From NCBI GenBank assembly GCA_963665115.1, contig OY762007.1:5760001-5824000 (forward strand): DNA of 64,000 nt. The letters run 5' to 3'. The stretch comes from an uncultured Rivularia sp. (GTDB taxonomy: Bacteria; Cyanobacteriota; Cyanobacteriia; Cyanobacteriales; Nostocaceae). Under the pieces are notes generated by a model that searched no databases, had not been told where the DNA came from, and worked only from the letters and a program-made list of their open reading frames with translations. Positions 31,786 to 43,772 of the stretch are shown in pieces; within the stretch, counting starts at the first letter, position 1; each line of letters starts with the position of its first letter. A program made the position numbers and the translations under genes.

Positions 31786-34700
31786 TTAAGGGCAGTTAGG
31801 ACGTTGGTTACTGGGAACTGCGTATTTGTAACCCGTACCATGTTTGCTAGAATTTTCGTAACCTTGAGTATTATTTTGAGCTGCACATAGCAAAGTTTCT
31901 ACCCAATTGTCATCTCGCCCAACTTCTCTGTAGAATTCATTCGGGTCATTTGTAGCGGGTGTTGTAAAACGTTGAGAGAATAAGTCAGGTAATTGGGTAA
32001 GCAAGGCTACATCATAACCCCAGAAACGTTGGGGTGGTGTATAAAAAGGAGTACGACCAAAGTTTTCTGCGCCGTCTTCTTTGTTTTGAGCGATTCTATA
32101 ACCTTGTGCATATCCAAAATTGGTTCCTGAACCTGTCGTATAACCTAAATAATGACCAGATGTTAAACCTTTGAAAGGAGCAGTAAATACTTGCCAAGGC
32201 GCTGTAGCATAGGAACTACGTTTGTACTGAATGAATGCACCAAGGGCATTGTGTTTTTTATCTTCCCAGTTTTCTAAATAACGAATAAAGTTTTCTAAAC
32301 CACCATTTGATTCGGTTGGTCGTCCTGGAGTATTACCTTGTGCAAATACTAGATTTGTTTCTGTATCAATAGCCTTTTGCTGCCAACTATCATTTTTCCT
32401 TAATAAATCATTTTCTTTTTTGTTATAAGTATCTTTGTCCAAAGCTCTATTATTAAAATCCTTTCCAGATTTTTGAAAAGGTATTTGTATTTGCAATACG
32501 GGTATCAATAAAGGTTGTTCTGTTGGTCTATCTCCAGTAAGTGAACCTTTATTATGAATCCACAAAGGATTCTCATAACTATAGTCCTTAGCATTACTTT
32601 TATTCGTCAAAAACCATAGAGCGTTATTATTATATCGACGATCGCTATTGCTAGAGTATTTTTTGTATGGTTTGCTATTAATACTGAGTTCATTGGAATA
32701 AGGATAATATGTTATTTCTTTTCCTCCTGTTTTAATTCCTATTGGAATTGGTGTTTTATCAACAGGATCAAGTACTAGGGTATAAGGTTTTTTACTTCCT
32801 GGAATGATAGAAGTTCCACTTTTTTCTACTGTTAAACCAGCACTATATCTGAGAAATGCTACTCTTCGTGGCAGGCTTTGGTCTTGCCCAGGTTGTACTG
32901 TTGTACCCGCCCAAATTCTGCTTGTCTCTAAATTTGCACCTGTACTGGTAACAGCTTGAGCTAACTCATTTGCCTTAATATTTTTTTCTGTATTACTAAA
33001 GTTTCCATCATCATCCAAGTCATAACCAACTACCCAGTCATTAGCTGTACAAGTGGTAACTATTTTCTTCGGACAAGTTTCCATTAAATATTCGGTAAAC
33101 TGCACCCGTCGCTGAATTGGGGTAACGAAATTATTAAAGTAAGAACTACCTGTACCACTACTACCACCAGAGTAATCACCGTCCCTAAAGTTACGACTAG
33201 TAACAAAATTGTTATCCCAAAAACCTTTTATCTTAGCTGCTGCTGAGGTAGTTATTTTATTTCTTTCAGAAACATTATTGTCAGTTGCATCACCGTCACC
33301 ATTAAGGTCGAAACCAAAGTCTGATTCATTAACAGTTCCCAAACTACCGCTGCCATCGGCATCGAAAGCTAGAAAAACTGGATTACCGTCTTTATCAATC
33401 GTGTCGTAGTTATTATTTAGGTCGTAGTCGCCTTCATTGCGAAAGCCCAAGCGGAAATCGTTGGATAAAACCGTAATAGCATCACCCAAAACCGTTGTTG
33501 GTCGCCAAGTTTCACCCGTTAAGCCGCAGCTAGGCTGACCTTTACGACAAGCGAAGTTAGCATTGAGAAGACTACGCCCGTAGAATGTACCACTCCAATC
33601 CGTTACATTTTTTAGCCCCCTGTCTTTAAATTCTTCTTGAGTATGGACATTAAAATTTCCTTTAATATAAACTGGCAGGTTACTTGCTAAGATTAGGCCT
33701 TTCTCCTCTGCTTTATAGGTTGCATTACGGCTTAAATCACTACCATTAATCAGCATGATGCCGTGAGGTCGCCGAGTTGGATCTAATGTAAAGTCAGTAG
33801 AACTTTTATCTTCGCTGCTTTCAACACTTGCATCTGCTAAAGCATCATCGCGGGGTCGCGTAAATTAGTCCACTATTGGGAAACAGAAATTCCCCACTAG
33901 TCCTAGATTTTCTTCGCAATAAATCTAAATCTACAATAGTTGCACGAATTTCTAAAGGCTGACGCATTTCAACATCCAAGTCGTAGGCTTTTGGACTTGA
34001 AGGCTTGTCAATAGCTTTAACCTGTCTTGCATCCAAGAAAGCAGTTTCCATAATAGCGCCGTGAGGAATAACACTATCTGTAGGAGCGCCAATACCATTG
34101 TCTAAAATTTTCAACGCGCATACGGCAGAATCAATTGCCGATTGCTGGGAAAGGCTAAGAGGTTTGTTTACTGCTTTTTGAGCTAATGCATCTTTAAGAG
34201 GCTTATTAACCCAGCGCCCGTTAGGATACTTCAGTGTTGCCTGGTAAGCTAATACACTGCTGTAACTTGCTGAAGAAGGAAATGCGTAAACAACCCCGTT
34301 ATTTGAGTTACCTCTACTGCCACTAGCAACAGTAGGCAATCCGGTTAAACCTCTTTTTTGTTGGGAAGTAGGTAACTTTGTATCTCTTAAGCTAACGTTA
34401 GGTAGAGTATCTTGATTTATTGCTGTAGTACTGTTTGTCGGGTCATAGTAACTGCTAACACAGGCTATTGGTGTTTGATAATCATTTGGTGTTTTAGGGT
34501 CGTAAGAGTCTGCCTGATAGTGATAAACTGCTGTAGCCCGCATTTTCAGGTAGGGCGTATTATCACTTGGTAAGCCTTCAGCCTCAGTAGTAATACTCAT
34601 CGGCATAGCATCTGACCAAACTGTTTTTTCCGTGCTGGTAAAGCTACTTGGAGTAGAAGTTCTAGATAAATATATTCCTGCGCCAGTAACTATCCGTAAG

Positions 34701-36586
34701 CCACCAACTACATCTAAAGGTCCTGTAGGTTGTTTTGCTGTGGATGCTTCCCAGAAATCATCTCTATCTGTAATTCCTAAATCGTCTAGCTGGTAAGCTT
34801 GGGAATAGCGCTTGCGTGTCTCAGTGCTGTCATCCCATTCTTTACCAGAAATGACCTGCCCATCATCTACTGAGCTAATAAATTTATTTTTAGTATTGTC
34901 GTACCATAATTGGGGTAAACCATTACCTACTAAAATGCGATCGCCAATTCTTTCCTCTTTATCTGCCTTCGTTTGTACCTTTGGATCGGTTGCAGATAGA
35001 TAAATTTTCTTGCCGTCTTCCTTAATTCCAATCTTGGCGTAATTGGTAGCATTTGTACCATTGCTTGGATCGAAGGGAAAAACCCATTTGTCTATTGGAC
35101 GCAGAGAATCGCCGCTTCCCTGTATCGGTTTTGATGTTGCATAACTACCAAGTGCATTGCCACCATCGACAACCTCCGCATAGGGAACGCGACGAGTTCG
35201 CTTTCTGAAGTAAATTTTTAGCTGCTCGTCACGTGCATCACTACGTTTTTTAGCTGGATTAGCCTCCATATCCTTTGTAATTCCTTTTTGCACCTCATCT
35301 GGAAGGGTTGTTTCACTAGAAAAGTAAGAATTTGTTGCTTCTACCAAGCGCTCAATTCTGTCCGTATATGCTCTACTGTTGTAGGCTGCTGTATTCCCAT
35401 ACACAGTTGTAGGTACAGTCTTTTGCGTATCGTCAATTGTTTTTCCTGTAGTAACACCACCCGATTTATACAAATCAACTGCTACAGGATCGCCTGCCTG
35501 ATTTTCGTTTACACGGCTGTTTATGACATTTCCCGCAACAAGAATTTTATTGTTTGATTCATTGAAATAGCAAGATTTGGGACTGCTGACTAGATAAAAT
35601 CTAATATCTTCATCAGATTTTCTTGTTAGCAAATTACCATTGGTAAAAATACGCCCATTTATATTTAAACCTTCACCAGGAGTAATTTCTAAATCATCTT
35701 CATAAAGTACCGCATTGTTAGGAAGCGGAATCCTTTCTCTGTCTTGCTGATATTCTAAAGCTACAAAACCTTTATTACCTTTAAATACTTCATACTTGCT
35801 ACGATCGGCGCTCTTGATACCATTTAAATCGGTAATAGGTACGGTAGTAGTATAAACGAAAAAACTTCTTTTAAGCGTACCACCAACCTTGTACCAACCT
35901 TGAGTACCTACCAAGTCAGCACTAGTAGCAACATCAGTATCACATGTAGTACCACTTATCCCTTCATCCATCGGTTGAGTTCTTGCTTCTAAGGGACTTC
36001 TAGCTCTTGTACTAGTGGGAGTCTTGTAGTAAATACCGTATAAGGTGTAACTATCGAATAAGCCGTCATTATCTGTATCTACAGGATATTTCCAAGCAGA
36101 ATTTAGGCTTTCTTCGTCTTCGATGGTATTGTTCTTATTGACATCATGAACAAGTTTCAACTGTGTTTCATCACCAAATGTATATTTATTAATACTGGCA
36201 TCAAAGACTTGGGTTAATGATACGTCTGAAAATGTCGAACGCGGCAACAAAGGGTCTTCAATTAACTGATTTATTTTCGCTTTAGCTCTATCAATTGCCG
36301 GAGTAGCCGCATTCAAGACTGCCTGATTAACCCTAACATTACTCGCATTCTTAGAACGCTCAAACGACCTAAATAAAATCGCAATAGTCAACAACACAAC
36401 TACCAGCGAAACCATCGCCACCGTTGGTAATACAAAACCTGCATTAACCCATTCCGGTCGCTTTTTAGTAACTATGAAGCTTCGTAAAAGCCATAAACTT
36501 TGTTCCTTTACAGTAGATGGAGGTTTACGGCGAAACTGTTGGTAAAAGTTTTGAATTGCCCTGACTAACTTACGATTTTTCGACAT
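31786..36586 (-). CDS. hpsA: Hormogonium polysaccharide protein HpsA (about 1600 aa), split by one extra base at 33852-33855
   Basis: G|FVLPTV pilin-like N-terminus. Correction gives IYATRDDALAD...DPTRRPHGIMLING joining both ORFs; 'NGGLENFIRYLENW'. Confidence 0.88.
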
Positions 36587-37643
36587 AGCTACTTTCCTAT
36601 CAATAATTTTTATGCGATTTTTTAAATTGAATAGATTTAAAGTTTTTGAAAATAAGGCCTATCTTTTTTAGGCAAATATGGGTGTTTTAATGATTCTCTA
36701 ATGCAGTAACAAAATAGTTCCCGTAAGGACTTATTGAAAAATATGATATAGAAACATTGCCAACCTAAATAATTTTTGGTTGGCAGCCGACAATATCAAA
36801 AAGCTTCATAAATCAAACAAAGGTGCTATTTTAATTTTGTAAATTTTTTATGTTTTTCCGGTTTAAAAAAATGCAATATGAATTATTTAATTTATAGCCG
36901 AAGGATAAAAATAAAGCCATAGCTTCATGGAATTTTTGCCGATTTTTTACTTAATTTAGTATTAGCTCAAGACAACTTTATGAAGTTGTTATTAGCCGAC
37001 TAAAGTTATAGTACCCAGTTGGAAAGGTAAAGTTATCAGCCGTCTTAAAAAAAAATTACAGGATTTGATTGCAAAAATGTAGAGACGTAGCAGTGCTACG
37101 TCTCCCCAAGATTTCGATACAACGCATAATTTATCGCAAACAGTCCGACTGTACCTGATAATAGATGAGGCGGTAAAAACATGATTTCGCTACTTCTTTC
37201 TTCTTTTATATCGGCGTGGGGTTGCAAACCTAAGCTGATAAGGATTTACGATATTATCCTAATAAGCCAAATGGTGCGTGACGGCATTCCGTAAGTTATT
37301 TCGTTACGCTTAATAAATTATTCTAGCCGTCACACACTAGGCTGTTGACTTTGATGGTTTTTGGCGAATTTTCCGCTATCTTTATTTGTGTTGCTTTTAC
37401 TGGATTGAAAGTGGCTGTAACAGCCACTTTCAATCCAAAAATATAGACACAGAATCTGCATGAAGTCTTGCGGGCTAAAGGGTACAGAGTCAACACCCTA
37501 GTACAGCATGGCGGAAATAAACCCACCATTATGAATCTTGGAAAATCATCATTTGCAGCCTTTGAAAAGGGTAGGCGTATTTACGCCGCACGGTACTAGT
37601 CACACACCCTACGAAATATAGAAATAAAACTAGATATAAAAAC

Positions 37644-37674
37644 AAAGCCCACATATTTTATATATGTGGGCTTT
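37644..37674. terminator. Hairpin downstream of rpmB
   Basis: 13-bp stem AAAGCCCACATAT/ATATGTGGGCTTT, T-rich tail on the minus strand. Confidence 0.65.
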
Positions 37675-37724
37675 ATATCTTGATAGATTGGAAAGGCAAT
37701 ATAAGAATTACCCGGCATTCCAAT

Positions 37725-37961
37725 TTACATACGATTGAGATTGATTCCAGCTTCTTTAGCCATTGCATCCAAACCTTTCTTTTCCAAAGTTTTGATTGCT
37801 TTAGTAGAAATCTTCAGTCTCACCCAGCGATTACCTTCAGCCCACCAAACGCGCTTGCTTTGCAGGTTAGCTTGCTGAAGTTTCTTGGTACGACGGTGAG
37901 AGTGAGAAACCGCATAACCGTTATTCGCTTTTTTACCAGTCAGTTGACACCTACGCGCCAT
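37725..37961 (-). CDS. rpmB: 50S ribosomal protein L28
   Basis: [26 protein letters not shown]. Confidence 0.98.
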   Translation of the reverse strand: MARRCQLTGKKANNGYAVSHSHRRTKKLQQANLQSKRVWWAEGNRWVRLKISTKAIKTLEKKGLDAMAKEAGINLNRM

Positions 37962-38077
37962 ATGAATAATCTCCTATTTTTTAACGTAATTTTCTATTTT
38001 ATATGAGAGAGGGGGGAGGGGGAGAGGGGATGGGGAGATGGGGGGAAACTTAAACTTCCTAACTCCTAACTCCTAAC

Positions 38078-38210
38078 TATAGCGGTTTTCATTTGGATAG
38101 AATACAAACTGAACCTCACCCTCGTTCCCTCTCCTTATTAAGGAGAGGGATGTCCGACAGGACAGGGTGAGGTTATAAGTGTATTGCACTCAACTGAAAA
38201 AACCGCTATA
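38078..38210. mobile_element. MITE-like element containing a copy of the DUF559-associated hairpin
   Basis: Terminal inverted repeats TATAGCGGTTTT/AAAACCGCTATA; internal AACCTCACCC...CCCTCTCCTTATTAAGGAGAGGG...GGGTGAGGTT. Confidence 0.75.
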
Positions 38211-38254
38211 TTCCCCATCCCTAATTCCCCACCTTTAACCTCTAACCTTTGACC

Positions 38255-40271
38255 TTATTTCGCTGCTTGCTGTGTCAGCTTGGTGAGAACTTCATTAGAA
38301 CGTTCTACGAAGGATTTCATTCCGTCTGCGTCGAAGCCTTTTTGGGACATTAGGGCTAAGTCGTAAACGTGTTGGCAAATTGAGTTTACTATTTCGGCGT
38401 TGGAGGATTGTCCGTCACTTTGAATAATACTACCTTGGTTGAGATTTTCCAGGTTTTGTATCAGTGGGTGGGCTGTATTAACTAATAATACGTGTTCTTC
38501 GGGAAATTCTACGTTTTGCTGCTGCATCATGGCGTTCATTTCTCGCAAACGACGCAGTATTTCTGGTAAAAGCACCATTGCTGGTGGTGTTCCTTGGGGA
38601 TTGTCGGATTTTAAGGCTTCGGTACGAATGTTGAGTTTGGGTTTGTTGAGGGCTTTTTCAAAGATTTCTTTGATTGTGTCTCCTCGGGTTTTGTTGGTTG
38701 TTGGATCTACTATTTCGCTGGATTTCTCTTTGTCTAGCAGGGTGTTATCCAAGTCGGAGTCTACGCGAGTGAATTTAACTTCGTTGTATTCGCGTTCGAG
38801 GAAGTTGATAAAGTGGGTGTCGATGAAGGAGTCTAAATATAAGACTTCTAACCCTTGATTTTTATGTAATTCTACGTAAGCAGCTTGTGATGCTGCATCG
38901 TTACAATAAAAGACGCGATTTTCGTGACTTGCTTTATTGCGCTCTAAATACTCTTTGATGGTTACGTAGGGAAATTCTGCTTTTTTAGGGGATTCAGCAT
39001 TTTGTTCTGCTTCTCCACCAGGGGTAACATCTTGCCATGCGTCGCCTTCTTGGGACTGTACTTCTACTGCGGGGGTTTCTGCTGGTTTTATTACAGTCTC
39101 AGTAGTTTCTGGGTTATGAGTAGTTCGGAAAACTACGATGTCTTCAACTTGCTTTTGGAACTTCTCATCGTTCATTACCCCGAACTTAACGAAGGTTGCT
39201 AAATCTTTCCAAGCATAAATATACTGCTCGCGGTCATCGCGGTACAGTTGTTTGAGCCTGTCTCCAACTTTTTTAGCAATGTAATCGCCGATTCTTTTGA
39301 CGGTGCGATCGCCTTGTAATGCACTACGGGATACGTTCAGGGGAATGTCGGTACTATCGATTACACCCCGCATTGGCAACAAGAATTGAGGAATGATTTC
39401 TTCGCAGTTGTCGCTAACAAATACTTGGTTGCAAAATAGTTTGGTTTGTCCTTTGCTAACGTCAACATCGGGTTTAAGTTTGGGAAAGTAAAGAATACCG
39501 TTGATGATGAAGGGATAATCGGTATTCAAATGTACCCATAACAAAGGTTCTTCCTCGAAAGGATACAGGTAGCGGTAGAACTCCATGTAATCTTCTTTAG
39601 TCAAATTACTGGCAGATTCACGCCACGGTGCTTTTTGTCGATTTAATACCTCACCATCAAGTTTGATGGCTACTGGCATAAAGTCACAGTAAGTTTTAAC
39701 AAGATTCTTGACTCTTGCTTCCTCGACAAATTCCTCTTCTTCTTCCATCAGATGAAGAATAATAGTAGTACCGCGAGTTGTGCGGGATGATTCTTCTAGA
39801 GTAAATTTTGGCGAACCATCGCAACTCCAGTGAAACCGGCTCTGCACCTTCTTTGTAAGATAAAGTATCTATTTCAACCTGCTTGGCTACCATGAAGGAA
39901 GAGTAAAAACCCAGCCCAAAATGACCGATAATTGGACGATCGGATTCACCTTGGTACTTCTGAACGAATTCTTCAGCGCTAGAAAAAGCAACTTGGTTGA
40001 TATATTTCTTAACTTCATCAACCGTCATACCGATACCATTATCGGTAATCGAAAGAGTTTTCTTATCTTTATCTACAGCAAGTATAATTTCTGGTTCGCC
40101 AGTTTCGCCGGAGAATTCCCCAGAGCGAGCTACCATTTGCAGCTTTTGGATAGCATCAACGGCGTTTGATACAAGTTCCCGTAAAAAGATTTGATGATCT
40201 GAGTAAAGAGACTTTTTGATAATCGGGAAAATATTCTCAGTATGGATACTGATGGTACCTTGTTCTAACAT
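38255..40271 (-). CDS. htpG: Chaperone HtpG (Hsp90), split by one extra base at 39833-39835
   Basis: 'FLRELVSNA.DA', 'DNGIGM', 'IGHFGLGFYS'; correction gives EPVHWSCDGS. Confidence 0.95.
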
Positions 40272-40468
40272 AATTTAACCGCAGCAAATACAAATATTCT
40301 AATGATTATTTGGGTAATAAAACCCCAATACCCCACTTTACTGGAAAGGAAAGCAGGGTTATTATCAATCTGGATTTTAAATGCTGGGCGAATAAATTGC
40401 ACCTAACTTGCTGGATTGTTTGCCCTATAAAGGTGATTCGGATTTCCCTACCGACTGTTGTGTATTGT

Positions 40469-40682
40469 GTAGAGAGCTCCACACTGCTACGTCTCCCCGT
40501 CTTTTGATTTTTAACTACAATTTCTTGAAATGAGATCGGAATTTGGTCAAATTAATTTGTTGTGTTGCCCAAACGCTGATGGAGACTAACGAAAATTCCT
40601 TGAAATGAGATCGGAATTTGGTCAAATTAATTTGCTGTGTTGCCCAAACGCTGATGGAGACGTAGCAGTGCTACGTCTCTAC
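40469..40682. repeat. REP doublet with an internal 63-bp direct duplication
   Basis: Inverted GTAGAG..GCTACGTCTC hairpins at both ends; 40524-40586 and 40599-40661 differ at one base. Confidence 0.85.
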
Positions 40683-41583
40683 ATTTTTGAAATAAACGGG
40701 GAAAGAAAATTTTCAAAACAGCGATTATCATTACTTGTTTATTTTTCACCACAGCAGGATTATTTTTAATGCAATTCCACCAAAAATAAACCGCAGTCAA
40801 AGTTTGACGTTGTTTTGGTGGTGCTTCAATAGCTTTAAAAGTCAGATATTGATATAGATGTGAAAGACTTTGTTTTTTCAAATGCTGTAATTTTTCAGCT
40901 TTGGGATAACTAAAAGCACGCTCAATTACTTTTAATGATGCAGCTTCTTGTTTTTTAAGATTGGTAGACATTGAGGTGGTTGATGTTCGATATAAAATTT
41001 GCGGTTTTTCAACACATACAAATTCGTAATTAGCTGCAAGACGCAACCACATATCAATGTCTTCTGCTGCGGTTAGCGATTCATCAAAACCACCAATATC
41101 GAAAGCTTTTTGACGAATTAAGGGATTAGAACCATTTTCTAAAAAGTTAGTTACTAAAAGTTTACTGAAAGCATCACCATTAACTTTAATTCTTCTACCG
41201 GATTTGATAAATTTACTCGATTCGTCAATATAATCAGTCCAGCTATAGGCTACAGCAGCTTGAGTATTTTTTTGTAAAGCTTTCAATTGCGATTCGAGTT
41301 TGTCAGGTGTCCATAAATCATCGGCATCGATAAAAGAAATATATTCTTCTTTCGCACGATCAATTCCTCGATTGCGACTTGCTGATAAACCCGCATTTGG
41401 ATAAGAAAATATCTTGATGCGGGAATCGGAGATATTTTTGATGATTTCTAAAGTTGCATCTGTAGAGCCGTCATTAATTATAATTATTTCTATATCTTTA
41501 AAAGTTTGATTTAAGATTGAATCGACTGTTTCTTCAATAGTTTTTTCTCCGTTAAATACGGGGATGATTACAGATATAGACAT
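40627..41583 (-). CDS. GT2 glycosyltransferase
   Basis: 'ISVIIPVFN', 'NDGSTD', 'FIDADD', 'EDIDMW'. Confidence 0.92.
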   Translation of the reverse strand: MSISVIIPVFNGEKTIEETVDSILNQTFKDIEIIIINDGSTDATLEIIKNISDSRIKIFSYPNAGLSASRNRGIDRAKEEYISFIDADDLWTPDKLESQLKALQKNTQAAVAYSWTDYIDESSKFIKSGRRIKVNGDAFSKLLVTNFLENGSNPLIRQKAFDIGGFDESLTAAEDIDMWLRLAANYEFVCVEKPQILYRTSTTSMSTNLKKQEAASLKVIERAFSYPKAEKLQHLKKQSLSHLYQYLTFKAIEAPPKQRQTLTAVYFWWNCIKNNPAVVKNKQVMIIAVLKIFFPRLFQKCRDVALLRLHQRLGNTAN

Positions 41584-41609
41584 TTGATTAAAATCCGTTT
41601 TTTATTAAA

Positions 41610-42599
41610 TTAAGTTGTTTTCTCATACCCTAAAAAAGTACTGGTATTTGAGAAACGAGGAAGTTTTTTGAAAAGTACGTTTGCCCAGTTGGGAGGTAAA
41701 ACAACCATTGCAATCAATTTTAAAGTAGCTTTGAAAATTATCGGTTTAGATAAAAGACTTACATCTGTTTTAATCGCAGTAAATAAAAATCTTACCGCAA
41801 CTGCACTTTGCTGTTTTCCTGGTGGTGTTGTCAGAACTTTGTAGCAAAGATATTTATAAAGGTTTCCAATTGCTATAGGCTTAAGATGTTGTAGAGATTT
41901 GGCTTTTTCACGAGCAAAACCACGTTGAATAACTTCTAAATTTGATTTTTCCAGTCCTAATACGTTCGATGACATGGAAATTTGTTGAATTCGATATAAA
42001 ATCTGTGTTTTTGGGACGCAAATAAAATCAGTTATAGCTGATAGTTTTAACCACATATCGGTATCTTGAGCATTGGTTAATAGTTCATCAAAACCACCAA
42101 TTTCAATAAATACGTCTCTGCGAATCATCACGTTAGAACCGTTACCGATAAAATCATCTAATAAGAATTTAGAATAGACATCTCCGTTCCAATTAACGTG
42201 AGCAGCTTTACGCAGAAACTTATTATTTTCATCTATACAATTTGTCCAGCTATAAGCAACACCAGATTGAGGATTTTCTTGCAAAGCTGTATATTGCTCT
42301 GCTAATTTATCAGAAGTCCATAAATCATCTGCATCTAAAAAAGTAATATAATCCCCAGTAGCCTCTTTGAATCCGCGATTTCTATTAACGGCTACATTGG
42401 CTTGAGGATAATCAAAAGCTTTGATTCTCTCGTCTTTTATTTGAGAAACTATTGAAAGAGTTGAGTCAGTAGAACTAGCATTTATAATAATTAATTCAAA
42501 ATCCGTAAAACTTTGATTTAAAACTGATTGAATTGTTTCTTTAATTGTTTTTTCTGCATTGTATGCTGGGATAATTACAGATATGAGATTGTTTAACAT
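41610..42599 (-). CDS. GT2 glycosyltransferase, paralog of 40627-41583
   Basis: 'ISVIIPAYN', 'FLDADD'; has NASSTD and QDTD where the paralog has NDGSTD and EDID. Confidence 0.9.
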   Translation of the reverse strand: MLNNLISVIIPAYNAEKTIKETIQSVLNQSFTDFELIIINASSTDSTLSIVSQIKDERIKAFDYPQANVAVNRNRGFKEATGDYITFLDADDLWTSDKLAEQYTALQENPQSGVAYSWTNCIDENNKFLRKAAHVNWNGDVYSKFLLDDFIGNGSNVMIRRDVFIEIGGFDELLTNAQDTDMWLKLSAITDFICVPKTQILYRIQQISMSSNVLGLEKSNLEVIQRGFAREKAKSLQHLKPIAIGNLYKYLCYKVLTTPPGKQQSAVAVRFLFTAIKTDVSLLSKPIIFKATLKLIAMVVLPPNWANVLFKKLPRFSNTSTFLGYEKTT

Positions 42600-42656
42600 A
42601 TCAATTATAGAAATGATAATAATTGATATGCTAATCCTACCTTTAGAACAATAGCC

Positions 42657-43631
42657 TCAGTATAATCTCGTGAAATTAGAGATTCGCATCCGCCATAAAT
42701 AAAAAGGACTAATTAAAGTCGCTAGCAAACGCTGCATTTCGCAAGCCGCAGCAATATCTTTATTTAAAACTTTTCTATAGCGAATAAAATGCAATAATGT
42801 TTTTCGTAAATCGTTGACTAAATAAGCAAAAAAAGCAAAAGGTCTTTGCCACCAATCAAGCATTAACATTCTTAAATGGAAGCGCCCTAAACCAACAATT
42901 CTCATTAAGTTTCGCAGATATTTTTCTTCCACTCGCGATGATGAAATAATATGTTCAATTTCCATCTCGGCGTTATACCAAATTTCCCATCCTGCTCTAT
43001 AAATATATAATAATGCTTCTGCATCTTCACCAATAGGCATCTGACTTTTTTCAGTTTTACCGATTAATAATAATTTTGCAGGAACGTATTTCTGCCAAAC
43101 ATTTCGGCGTACTACCATCCCCGCACCAGGGGGAAGTCCTTTTTTGCGAGGTTCGTACATCAAAGGTTCCGAACCGCGATCGACTAAAGCTAGATAAAAA
43201 GTAATATCCTTAAGTTCTTCCGGCGGATTAGTTTCAAAAACACCGTGGATTTTACTGCTAAAAGCCCCAGCTTTCGGATGTTCTTGAGCAAATTTGCAAG
43301 CTGAACTTACCCAATTTGCAAACGGTAAATTATCATCATCAATAAATCCGACTAATTCACCTTTTGCTTCATTCATAGCCCGCTGTCTGGCAAAAGATAT
43401 ACCTTGTTCCCCTTCAAAACAATACTTTAAAGGTACGTCTTGCAGCCAATTTTCTTGATATTCCTTAACCAGTTTTGCAGTACCATCAGTACTATTATTA
43501 TCAACAATAATAACTTCCCAATTAATATGTTTGGTATTTACCTGTTCTTTTAATTTATCTAATACCTTGGGTAAACGAATTTCTCCGTTGTAAGTGGGGA
43601 TAGCAACGGTTAAGTTTACGGCTGTATTCAT
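42657..43631 (-). CDS. HpsE-like GT2 glycosyltransferase (second paralog)
   Basis: Collinear with 28173-29144: TVAIPTYNG, F.DDDN, PP.AG, IWYN.EMEI.H, AACEMQ, LISPFYLW. Confidence 0.88.
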   Translation of the reverse strand: MNTAVNLTVAIPTYNGEIRLPKVLDKLKEQVNTKHINWEVIIVDNNSTDGTAKLVKEYQENWLQDVPLKYCFEGEQGISFARQRAMNEAKGELVGFIDDDNLPFANWVSSACKFAQEHPKAGAFSSKIHGVFETNPPEELKDITFYLALVDRGSEPLMYEPRKKGLPPGAGMVVRRNVWQKYVPAKLLLIGKTEKSQMPIGEDAEALLYIYRAGWEIWYNAEMEIEHIISSSRVEEKYLRNLMRIVGLGRFHLRMLMLDWWQRPFAFFAYLVNDLRKTLLHFIRYRKVLNKDIAAACEMQRLLATLISPFYLWRMRISNFTRLY

Positions 43632-43664
43632 TTTTAAAAGTGGTTTCTAAAGCTTACCGAGATT

Positions 43665-43673
43665 ATTATTCCC
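43665..43673 (-). promoter_or_regulatory. Candidate SigJ-type extended -10 (GGGAATAAT)
   Basis: 8/9 match to GGGAATACT, 33 nt upstream of the HpsE-like start. Confidence 0.4.
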
Positions 43674-43772
43674 AGTTAGAGATGAAAACTCACAGGTTTG
43701 ATGAAATTGGCGAAACTTAAATTGTCGAAGCCCTCATCCTCGAAGAGTGAGGGCGATTTCATCACGAAACCT

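Noticed and set aside
37323..37600. 68-aa minus-strand ORF and a stop-interrupted plus-strand frame between REPs
   Set aside because: May be a captured gene fragment, but I cannot assign a family or strand.
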